Below are positions 1 through 8,312 of a stretch of 64,000 bases of DNA, piece by piece. Source of the stretch: a virus (taxonomy: Duplodnaviria > Caudoviricetes); IMG/VR virus record IMGVR_UViG_3300024493_000235, positions 204,443 to 268,442 of that record, one strand, 5' to 3'. Position numbers and translations under genes: made by a program. Each line of letters opens with the position of its first letter. Positions within the stretch are counted from its first letter, which is position 1. Below the pieces are notes generated by a model, which was not told the origin of the DNA, did no database searches, and worked only from the letters and a program-made list of their open reading frames with translations.

Positions 1-24
1 ATATATAAATAAAAAAATTGTTAT

Positions 25-45
25 TCCGGGCCATAAAGGCCCGGA
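25..45 (-). terminator. Intrinsic terminator hairpin
   Basis: TCCGGGCC-ataaa-GGCCCGGA, with a T-tract on the minus strand just after the stop of ORF 53..466. Confidence 0.75.
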
Positions 46-52
46 TTTATAT

Positions 53-466
53 TTAAGCAACATGCTTCTTTTCTTCAACAGAGTTATATTTAAACGCAAT
101 ATTTATACAGATCTTCTTATTTAAGAGATCTATTCCTGCATACGACACGTATACGTCACAATAGTGAAAAACGTTTTTCACAGCATCGCAGCGAGTATCA
201 GGTAAATTGATAATAGCTTGAGCTATACTTTCAAACGGATAATCTGACCTCATAATTCGATCGTTTCCGAATAAAGTAATTAATGCTCCATCCCCATTGA
301 GTTGTTTTGAAAGTTCAGGACATTTCCAATCGTCCAACACTTTACTGAAATCAATGGTGCAATAACAGGTATTTTTTCTGTCTACGATAGCACAATTTAT
401 GCTATCTATAACACCCTCAGAGAACAAGAAGTCTTGTATCTTTTCTTTTGTTAGCATGATAGCCAC
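53..466 (-). CDS. Hypothetical protein
   Basis: 137-aa ORF between a class I promoter motif (516-525) and a terminator. Confidence 0.65.
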   Translation of the reverse strand: MAIMLTKEKIQDFLFSEGVIDSINCAIVDRKNTCYCTIDFSKVLDDWKCPELSKQLNGDGALITLFGNDRIMRSDYPFESIAQAIINLPDTRCDAVKNVFHYCDVYVSYAGIDLLNKKICINIAFKYNSVEEKKHVA

Positions 467-701
467 CGTATTCCTTGTGTCATAAACCCTCCTTAAAATG
501 TCATTTCATACATTAATTATATATAATTATTTAGGCTTTTAAGTGTATTTGTTTTCATCATAAATCCTGCAATAACAAAGTCATAAATATGCAACACTTA
601 TGGGATATATGACCATTCGTTTGCAGAAATCCTGCAATATTACGAATGAATATATATCATATGTGTAGAGTTTACCAATCTATTTTCTGAAGGAGAAAAG
701 T

Positions 702-1112
702 ATGAGTGAAAAAGCGAGGGTCCTTCTCAATAAGGACCAGTTGGTCACCCAGATCAGCGAAGTTAGCGGGGAAACCAAGGCCGCTGTTGTGCGGGTAATG
801 GATGCAATTCCTCAGGTAACGATCAATGCCGTCCTCAAGGATCCGCCAAAATTGGGTGAAGTTGTTTCCGTACCGCTTCCCGGAATTGGTACATTTGGTG
901 CCAAGTTTGTCGCAAAGTCGGAAAGAATCAACAACATGTCGAAACAGAAGTACACGGTTCCCGCGCACATTGTTCCGACATTCAAGGTCACAAGGTCGAT
1001 AAAGGTCGAACTGAACCCCACAATGGTCAAAACCGCCGCCAAAGCAGCCACAAAACCGGATGCCAAGGCAGGAACTCCGCCCGACGCGAAATCCGCCAAG
1101 AAAACAGCTTAA
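702..1112 (+). CDS. hup: HU/IHF-family DNA-binding protein with Ala/Lys/Pro-rich tail
   Basis: NKDQLVTQIS helix, LPGIGTF strand and RINNMSKQKYTVPAHIVPTFK arm match the HU fold; AAKAATKPDAK tail; AAGGAG RBS. Confidence 0.85.
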   Translation: MSEKARVLLNKDQLVTQISEVSGETKAAVVRVMDAIPQVTINAVLKDPPKLGEVVSVPLPGIGTFGAKFVAKSERINNMSKQKYTVPAHIVPTFKVTRSIKVELNPTMVKTAAKAATKPDAKAGTPPDAKSAKKTA

Positions 1113-1154
1113 CAGTGTTTAACTGAAAGCTCATGGTAAACTTTAGGATTGTTT

Positions 1155-1181
1155 AAGGGGCCGAAAGCTCGGCCCCTTTTT
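1155..1181 (+). terminator. Intrinsic terminator
   Basis: AAGGGGCCGA-aagc-TCGGCCCCTT followed by TTT. Confidence 0.8.
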
Positions 1182-1197
1182 ATAAAGGAAGTGTGAT

Positions 1198-2271
1198 ATG
1201 TTAAGTCATTCCGAAGCCATAAGAGCCATGAGAGCTGAACTTGATAAATTCAAGGTATTAAAGCGATACCACGAAAAATCAGAAGATCATTGCAGGTGTC
1301 CTATATGCGGAGATTCGACAAAATCTCACAGAGTAGAACACTTATACATGAAACTCAAGAAAGACACTCATGACGATGCTGTTTACTTTTCATACCATTG
1401 TAAGTTGTGTGGTGCAAAAGCAAAGGTGTTTTCTGGAAAAGACATCAAAGCGTTTAAAATTAGAAATAAAGACCTTATAGAGTACATAGATAATACGGTT
1501 AAAAATCGTGGAAACTATGTACTAAAAAGTTCATATAATTACATCGGTAGGTCGCTACACAAGATTCCTATCGATTGCGATGTAACAGAAAAAATCGCAT
1601 ATATGCAACGAAGACTTGGAGACTGCAGAGTTGTACGAAATCCTGAAAAATTCAAAATTATCTACGATTTCGCATCATTCTTTAAAGAAAACTCGCTCCA
1701 AGTAAATACAGATTATGGAGAGATTTCTTATGTGAAGAAATTCCTTAGAGCTCTCCATGATAACTGTATCGGCTTTTTATCTTTCGATAACACATCAATT
1801 AATTTTCGTGATATCTCAAAAAATAATGTCATGGGAAAAAGATATATCCAATACAGGCTATATCCTGAAGCTACTTTAACAGTTGATGGTGCGAGCGTTT
1901 CATCGTTTTATACGATCCCAGGAGAGTTAAACTCTATGGCTCCAACTCTTAGTGCTGTTTTAGCCGAAGGAACATTTGATATCTTAAGGATATACTCCGA
2001 CTTCTATCCACAAGTGAAAAGAGACGATATTGTATTTGCATCAGTTGCAAATGCTCATGGATATTCAACTTTTTTAAAGAAATTCCTCGAATACGGGATT
2101 ATGTTTGATGATGTAACTATTTATTCAGACGATGATGTCCCTATAAAGAAATATAAAGAGTCTATAAGGCCCTTAATACCAGACGCAAAAATAACTATAC
2201 ATTATAATGCAGCTTCAAAGGATTATGGTGATAAACTTAAGCCTTTTGAAGACTCAACTTTCGCTATATAG
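1198..2271 (+). CDS. Phage DNA primase (Zn finger plus TOPRIM)
   Basis: CPICGDS...HCKLC zinc finger, and AEGTFD and SDDD TOPRIM motifs as in T4 gp61-type primases. Confidence 0.8.
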   Translation: MLSHSEAIRAMRAELDKFKVLKRYHEKSEDHCRCPICGDSTKSHRVEHLYMKLKKDTHDDAVYFSYHCKLCGAKAKVFSGKDIKAFKIRNKDLIEYIDNTVKNRGNYVLKSSYNYIGRSLHKIPIDCDVTEKIAYMQRRLGDCRVVRNPEKFKIIYDFASFFKENSLQVNTDYGEISYVKKFLRALHDNCIGFLSFDNTSINFRDISKNNVMGKRYIQYRLYPEATLTVDGASVSSFYTIPGELNSMAPTLSAVLAEGTFDILRIYSDFYPQVKRDDIVFASVANAHGYSTFLKKFLEYGIMFDDVTIYSDDDVPIKKYKESIRPLIPDAKITIHYNAASKDYGDKLKPFEDSTFAI

Positions 2272-2285
2272 GAGTATAATCCGCT

Positions 2286-3704
2286 ATGGAAGAAAAACTG
2301 CGCATAAAAAAGTTCGACCGTTTTCTTGACAATAATGAAATTGTCAAGTACGGGGATCAGTTAACTGTCTGTACATGTTATGACAGAACCAAAGGAGAGA
2401 AGCTGACTTCGGATATTATAACAGAATTCCTTGAAGAATTCGCGTATTCGAAGTATCATGCCTCCCTTCAAATTGCATACGTAATCCCCAATCATTTTGA
2501 TATCTCAGTCCCGATTACAATGAAAGAAAGGCTCGGCTGGTATTGTGAGCAAGACTCGTTAGGAAATCACTTCATCAAAGTACGATTCACCATGACAGAT
2601 GAACAGCACCGCCAGCAAATTGAAACATTTAGAAATTTCGGTGTCGATCTTAACATCCTACAACTCGGAGATAATGACGTTCTTGATATCGGAGAAATAA
2701 ATCCTGAATGTATCTTTAAGTTTACAATATCAAAGAACGCCATTTGGTGTATCAGGAGTGAACCGATAAAGATTTACAACGACGATGATAAAATTCCGCC
2801 TGAAGATGGGAACCTTATATCCCTTACTATGGAAAAATATCCGGATATTCAAAACCGTACATTTTCTCCAAATCAGGCTGGAATGATTTGTCTTTCTATC
2901 GTCACAGGAATGACCATATTTTCCGAAGAACATCTTGCGAGAGCACAAATAAAAGAAGAAGTGATTGACGAAGGTCATGTCACAATTCTTACCGATGACG
3001 ATTGCAAACTTCCCGATTTCTCTGTCGAGGAATTATACACCGATAATATCCCCGAAGATCAAAAAGAAGAAAGGGAGCAGCGTCTAAAAGAAATACAAAA
3101 AGAGGTATCACTAGCACAGAGACGAAAAAGTACATGGGAGAAGATTTTCTCATGTCCAAATCCGTTTATTCAAGAAATGCTTAACACTTGGATTACAACT
3201 CTTGAAAAGCCTCAGAATGACAATCAGATGCAAGTGTACTTAAGGGACTTTGAGAAATGGCTTATCGAGAAGAACTCACATGAAAAATTCATGAGCATTT
3301 TGAAAGCTGAAACAACCGATCAAAATCCCAACCTTGTTCAAAATATTGACTTTTCAAATCTTGTCATAACAGATGAACACCGGGAAGTGTATAATAAAAA
3401 GATAATCCCCTTAACAAAAATCTTTTCGCAGAAGATGGCTGATATAGGAAAAGAAATGGGTATCGAAGCAAATTGTGCTCAAGTTCCTGTAGAATATAGC
3501 GAAAGAATACAGCAAATACCAGAGCTTATTGAATATGAAAGATTAGCTTGGTTTTTAGCTCTTAACATAGCTTTCGCTAACGGACTTTTGAAAAAGGCTG
3601 ATGGCACATTATATGCGAAGGAAGAACTGGAAGGTAAATCTTTTGAGGAATTCCCGATTTTGAAGCATATCATTATGAAACTAAGTGACATGATGGAGTG
3701 CTAA
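2286..3704 (+). CDS. Hypothetical protein
   Basis: 472-aa ORF with AGGAG RBS. Confidence 0.75.
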   Translation: MEEKLRIKKFDRFLDNNEIVKYGDQLTVCTCYDRTKGEKLTSDIITEFLEEFAYSKYHASLQIAYVIPNHFDISVPITMKERLGWYCEQDSLGNHFIKVRFTMTDEQHRQQIETFRNFGVDLNILQLGDNDVLDIGEINPECIFKFTISKNAIWCIRSEPIKIYNDDDKIPPEDGNLISLTMEKYPDIQNRTFSPNQAGMICLSIVTGMTIFSEEHLARAQIKEEVIDEGHVTILTDDDCKLPDFSVEELYTDNIPEDQKEEREQRLKEIQKEVSLAQRRKSTWEKIFSCPNPFIQEMLNTWITTLEKPQNDNQMQVYLRDFEKWLIEKNSHEKFMSILKAETTDQNPNLVQNIDFSNLVITDEHREVYNKKIIPLTKIFSQKMADIGKEMGIEANCAQVPVEYSERIQQIPELIEYERLAWFLALNIAFANGLLKKADGTLYAKEELEGKSFEEFPILKHIIMKLSDMMEC

Positions 3705-3722
3705 CAAAACTATAGATTTTAT

Positions 3723-3750
3723 AACCCTGCGTATGCAGGGTTTATTTTAT
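3723..3750 (+). terminator. Terminator-like hairpin upstream of the uracil permease gene
   Basis: AACCCTGC-gtat-GCAGGGTT followed by TATTTTAT. Confidence 0.7.
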
Positions 3751-3766
3751 GTAAAGGTGGTTTATT

Positions 3767-4981
3767 ATGTTTTTTAGACCAGAAAGTGACGGCATCGCTA
3801 TTCAGAAGAAAATGGTGCTAGGTTTACAGCACACATTCACAATGTTCGGGGCTACGGTATTGGTTCCAATACTTACCGGATTAAATGTATCTGTTGCGCT
3901 TTTTATGGCTGGGGTATGTACAATTCTGTTTCACCTTATTAATCAGGGTAAAGTACCGATATTCCTCGGTTCCTCATTTGCGTATATTACTCCCATCATA
4001 ACTGTCGGATCTTTATTCGGGTTGCAATACGCACAAGGTGGCGTAGTGATTTCAGGCCTTGTATACGCGTTATTGGCATTAATCATTAAAGCATTCGGTG
4101 TTGAGAAGGTATTAAAATTCTTTCCACCAATAGTTACAGGTCCCATAATTGTGATCATAGGACTAACCCTTGCACCTGTTGCGGTATCCTCAGCATCGAA
4201 TGATTGGTTACTCGCTGCAATTAGTTTTATAATCGTACTTGTAATTGCAATTCTTACAAGAGGATTTATTAAAATGATTCCTGTACTTTGTGGCCTTGTT
4301 GGAGGATACATTGTTGCAGTATTGATGGGTAAAGTCGATTTTACTGCAGTAGGAGAAGCTGCATGGATTGGAATACCAGCTTTTACAATTGCAAAATTTA
4401 ATGCAAGTGCTGTACTACTTATAGTACCTGTAGCAATTGTAACCTTTGTTGAACACATTGGCGATATAATTGCTATCGGGACAGTTTGCAATAAAAACTT
4501 TGCGGAGGATCCAGGACTTCATCGGACTTTATTAGGCGACGGATTAATGACTTCGTTAAGCTCGATGTTTGGTGGCCCGGCGAATACAACTTACTCGGAA
4601 AACACTGGAGTAATAGCTTTGACAAAGGTTTTTGATCCATTTGTTATGCAAATTGCGGCGTGTTTTGCTATATTAATCAGTATGTGTCCAAAATTTGCCG
4701 CCGTAATAGCTTCAATTCCTGGTGGTGTCATTGGAGGAATTTCGATTGTGCTATTTGGCATGATTTCTGCTACTGGTATTCGTAGTATCGTTGATAATAA
4801 GGTTGATTTTTCGGCTCCTCGAAATTTATTCATCGCCGCCACGATCCTTGTAATTGGTCTCGGTGGTACCGGTATTCAAATCAATAATTCTCTCTCGATA
4901 TCTACAATGGCTCTTGCCGCTGTACTGGGGATTGTGTTAAATAAAGTACTTCCCCAAGTTAAGATTGACGAAAAAGGTTAA
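3767..4981 (+). CDS. uraA: Uracil permease, NCS2/NAT family (UraA/PyrP-like)
   Basis: GLQH, FLGSSFAYI, VEHIGD, LLGDG and PANTTYSENTGV NAT signature; many hydrophobic helices. Confidence 0.92.
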   Translation: MFFRPESDGIAIQKKMVLGLQHTFTMFGATVLVPILTGLNVSVALFMAGVCTILFHLINQGKVPIFLGSSFAYITPIITVGSLFGLQYAQGGVVISGLVYALLALIIKAFGVEKVLKFFPPIVTGPIIVIIGLTLAPVAVSSASNDWLLAAISFIIVLVIAILTRGFIKMIPVLCGLVGGYIVAVLMGKVDFTAVGEAAWIGIPAFTIAKFNASAVLLIVPVAIVTFVEHIGDIIAIGTVCNKNFAEDPGLHRTLLGDGLMTSLSSMFGGPANTTYSENTGVIALTKVFDPFVMQIAACFAILISMCPKFAAVIASIPGGVIGGISIVLFGMISATGIRSIVDNKVDFSAPRNLFIAATILVIGLGGTGIQINNSLSISTMALAAVLGIVLNKVLPQVKIDEKG

Positions 4982-4986
4982 TTAGT

Positions 4987-5021
4987 ACCTCTGGCCCGAT
5001 CGGGCCAGAGGTTATTTTTTT
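4987..5021 (+). terminator. Intrinsic terminator (perfect 26-bp palindrome)
   Basis: ACCTCTGGCCCGATCGGGCCAGAGGT followed by a T-tract. Confidence 0.8.
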
Positions 5022-5026
5022 ATTAT

Positions 5027-5165
5027 TTATATATCTATGATCCGAATCTAAAGGATATATAAATATACATAATCTATATAAGAAATAAGGAATTAAGATT
5101 ATTAAGTTTGGAGTTGTTAACTCGTGCTTATAACAAATATTCCTTAAAGTATTAAAGGAAATGGT
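5027..5165 (+). promoter_or_regulatory. Conserved promoter plus structured leader element, copy A
   Basis: Ungapped match to 46946-47078; 18-bp identical box, class I promoter motif and a three-stem hairpin with compensatory changes. Confidence 0.85.
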
Positions 5166-5762
5166 ATGATTGAGAAAAAAGCTTTTTCTATCTTCAATAT
5201 AATTGAGGGTACAGATCTTACACAAGGGTTTAACCAGCCGTATCTCTTGACATGCATCGCACAAGCTATCATCGGGCAATTTCACTTGAACCCGAATCTT
5301 GAAGGGTTTACAGTCGAATCTGTTACACACCCGTTTACAAAATACGAAAGCGGGTTTGTCCACAGAATTCACTATTACCAACTTGCAATAGTTCAAACAC
5401 CTTTGGATTCTCTTGGCCATATGCCGGAAACATGGAAGCCTATTATTTACGATGTCGTGTTTTACAATATAGGACTTAAAGGAAAAGTCCTTGTGAAATT
5501 TACGGCAAATATTCCGGAATGCCATGAACGGTATTACAATATTCTCGCCGGTGATAGTTTTATGGCTATGGTCAGCGATATTCAGAGAGTTATAGGCGGT
5601 AAGGTGGTTCCGTTCTACAACAACTTTGCTATCCTCACAAAAGAAGAATTTGACAAAGCTTTCCGTGATATGACGATGGAAAGTTGCGGCAAAGAAGATG
5701 AATACATAAAATACCAGCAGCGATACCTGAATCAAGGGGTATATACTCACAGGATTCTGTAA
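5166..5762 (+). CDS. Hypothetical protein (single-gene unit)
   Basis: 198-aa ORF between leader copy A and a terminator. Confidence 0.75.
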   Translation: MIEKKAFSIFNIIEGTDLTQGFNQPYLLTCIAQAIIGQFHLNPNLEGFTVESVTHPFTKYESGFVHRIHYYQLAIVQTPLDSLGHMPETWKPIIYDVVFYNIGLKGKVLVKFTANIPECHERYYNILAGDSFMAMVSDIQRVIGGKVVPFYNNFAILTKEEFDKAFRDMTMESCGKEDEYIKYQQRYLNQGVYTHRIL

Positions 5763-5767
5763 ACAAT

Positions 5768-5789
5768 CTCGGGGCCATATGGCCCCGAG
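5768..5789. terminator. Terminator between convergent genes
   Basis: CTCGGGGCC-atat-GGCCCCGAG. Confidence 0.8.
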
Positions 5790-5801
5790 TATTTTTCTTT
5801 G

Positions 5802-7694
5802 TTACAGGTTTTTTCGCATCTCTTCCATTTTGGGAGTTCGTAAGAATTGATTACTTGTCATAACAAGATCCAAAATGGAAATAGCGGCTGTAAGAATTTG
5901 TGTGTCAACTTCAGAGCTGTTTATAATAGCGTTGTTCTTCGTTGCATCGTTAGCTCTGTGTATTTCACGTTTATCGTTTATTAACGTATACGAATCTTCG
6001 TAGTTATCATTGATGATATCATACGTCCTATCGCTTTCGATGCATTCTTTAGCGATTTTATACGACTTCCTCCAAGACCTGAATTTGTTATCGATAATGA
6101 TTGCATAGGTTCTTGTATATGCTATGCAAATATTGTAAAGTATTTCGTACACATATTTATCGATACTCTTTCTGATATTCGACGGCATGGTTTTATTAAG
6201 GGATGTAGTAATTGAATCGACAAATTCTCGAAGCACAAGAGCGTTAAGATTGTTCTTATCGCGATTCTTATATTCTTCAAGAATTTTGTGGCATATTTTT
6301 GGAATGATTGTATTGCCACCGCATACGATTCCGCTTTTTATAGCGGACTTACATCCACGTACAGCATCATCGAAAAGATGCTGTTTGTTTTCTTTCTCCT
6401 CGATTGTATCCCCACCAACAAAGAGAGTTACCATGTCTCCGTATAAAGCGGCTTTTCTTCTTTGTAGTAAGAAGATATTGTACTGATTGTCAATGTGTGT
6501 TTCACTTTTCATCCGATCTATTTCTTTGTCGATATCATCGATTCTGAACTTGATTCTGTCGGTGTTGTTTTTTCCGCCTATGAAACGTGTATAATTTGTA
6601 GTTGAAGCTATAATCTTATTGCACGTTCCAAGATACGCATCATACTTTTGTGGATCAGCTTCGATTGGAAATTGTTTTGCGGAATCAACTGTGATAATTG
6701 AAGCGCTTATGTTATCGGCTAAGTCTTGAAGATTTTCTTTACCGATAGAAGATTCTGTGTCCATTTCTATGCACAAGAGCTTTAATATAGTGCCGTGTTT
6801 TTCTACGAACCTTATAATCGACTGCCTGAACGATTCTCTTGATGCTTCACAGAATCCTCCTGCTATAATAACAAGGGGACGAGAACATTTGCCAATGACG
6901 TATTCGATTACGTATCGTAGCGCTTCTATATCATGAGTCATGATATGGCCTTTAATAAGAAGAATCTTCGGATTCACATATACAGCGCGTCTGCCATCAG
7001 GTTCTGTAACCATTTCAGGAAGTAGCATTCCCCGGGTGATTTCAAAACCGCGATCAAGGTCATAATGTGTTACATTCGTTCTCGATAATTCTGCGTTCAC
7101 AAACCCGTGACCCGGATTTTTAAGAGAGCAAAACATATCAGATACGAGTTTTCCATTCTCCCAATCGTTATTAAGAGAGATGGATGCAACAGCTTGAATT
7201 CTCTGTTCGAAGGTGTCAGTTTTGTTATATCCGCCATCTTTGTACTCAATAAGCGGAATTGCGTTTTTCTTGACGATTTCGTTCAGTTTTTGCCCGATTA
7301 TCTTCAGAGATTCTGCTAAAAATTTAGGGGGTATGTGCCATTTCCTTGCCAGCTTTCGGATACGATACAATTCGTTCGCAATTACAACAGAACTTGTGGT
7401 TCCATCCCCTACTACATCATTTAGGCTTCCTGATATCTTTTGGAATAACCTTGCAGCAACTCTTGCCAATCTTGGGTAGAAAACTAAGGACCTGTAGACA
7501 GTCCATCCGTCTTTTGTAGTCGTATGATGAAGCATTTGATCTTCTATGATCGTATTTGCGCCATATGGACCTAATGTGCGTTTAAAGACAGCAGATTCAA
7601 AACGAAGTGTTCTTACAATCTCCTTGTCTAGCTCATCAGGCCCCGTGACATTTGAATACGTTTCATCTTTTCTCTTTAAAGGATTTAAAAACAT
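5802..7694 (-). CDS. groEL: Phage chaperonin (GroEL/Cpn60-like)
   Basis: TLGPYG, TTTKDGWTV, VGDGTTS, DDAVRG and VCGGN motifs; start moved to ATG 7694 behind AAGGAG. Confidence 0.9.
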   Translation of the reverse strand: MFLNPLKRKDETYSNVTGPDELDKEIVRTLRFESAVFKRTLGPYGANTIIEDQMLHHTTTKDGWTVYRSLVFYPRLARVAARLFQKISGSLNDVVGDGTTSSVVIANELYRIRKLARKWHIPPKFLAESLKIIGQKLNEIVKKNAIPLIEYKDGGYNKTDTFEQRIQAVASISLNNDWENGKLVSDMFCSLKNPGHGFVNAELSRTNVTHYDLDRGFEITRGMLLPEMVTEPDGRRAVYVNPKILLIKGHIMTHDIEALRYVIEYVIGKCSRPLVIIAGGFCEASRESFRQSIIRFVEKHGTILKLLCIEMDTESSIGKENLQDLADNISASIITVDSAKQFPIEADPQKYDAYLGTCNKIIASTTNYTRFIGGKNNTDRIKFRIDDIDKEIDRMKSETHIDNQYNIFLLQRRKAALYGDMVTLFVGGDTIEEKENKQHLFDDAVRGCKSAIKSGIVCGGNTIIPKICHKILEEYKNRDKNNLNALVLREFVDSITTSLNKTMPSNIRKSIDKYVYEILYNICIAYTRTYAIIIDNKFRSWRKSYKIAKECIESDRTYDIINDNYEDSYTLINDKREIHRANDATKNNAIINSSEVDTQILTAAISILDLVMTSNQFLRTPKMEEMRKNL

Positions 7695-7696
7695 TT

Positions 7697-8047
7697 TTAT
7701 TGCAAACTCCTTTTTGAATGAGCGATTTTCAAGATATAAAGCGTTCCTTTTCCTTCGGATATTTGATAGTAAAAACCATTTTCCGTAGGAAGCGGAATGT
7801 CGCAATTTTCAATGACATTGCGACAGCGAGATGTGAATCTAAAAGGAATTGAAAGAGTATTTTTTTGCATACTTTTGAAATCAACTCTTTCGACATTAAT
7901 ATCCCCTTTAGATTTGTGTGTTTCACTTATGCGCTTTAGAATGTCCCATGCTGTATTAACAAGCGCATCGTAACCCATTGCGATATCAAAACCATTCTCA
8001 GGTTTCTCACTACCGCAGAGTTGATTCACAAACGTAATTTTATTCAA
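7697..8047 (-). CDS. Hypothetical protein
   Basis: 116-aa ORF in the operon, TTG start after a purine-rich RBS. Confidence 0.55.
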   Translation of the reverse strand: MNKITFVNQLCGSEKPENGFDIAMGYDALVNTAWDILKRISETHKSKGDINVERVDFKSMQKNTLSIPFRFTSRCRNVIENCDIPLPTENGFYYQISEGKGTLYILKIAHSKRSLQ

Positions 8048-8075
8048 TTCCTTCCCCTTTTTTGATTTTCATGAG

Positions 8076-8312
8076 CTAATGCTTTGCGTTTTTAATGGCG
8101 TCAGCTTGCTCCTTAATAATCTGGATACGAGCTTCAGTTAAGCTCGCTAATGTGGGAAGATCCATTTCATCTAGTTCTGTGTGCGTGAATTTTCCATCAA
8201 ATAGCTGTAAGAGTTGGAGAGTATATTTTGAACTTTCGATAGCAATATCTGTTTTTATATACTCCCCATCCCTTGCAACTAGAACCCCTTTCGGCTTTTG
8301 GTTTCGAAAAAA
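8076..8312 (-). CDS. Predicted -1 frameshift extension of the 8279..10201 protein
   Basis: Open -1 frame from the T-TTT-TTC heptamer (8306-8312) to TAG at 8076-8078; no good start of its own. Confidence 0.65.
   Translation of the reverse strand, partial: FFRNQKPKGVLVARDGEYIKTDIAIESSKYTLQLLQLFDGKFTHTELDEMDLPTLASLTEARIQIIKEQADAIKNAKH

Noticed and set aside
4959-5750. 263-aa minus-strand ORF, and similar long antisense ORFs (3943..4491, 8273..8887, 57858..58769, 62922..63578)
   Set aside because: Shadow frames opposite better-supported genes, with no RBS or promoter.
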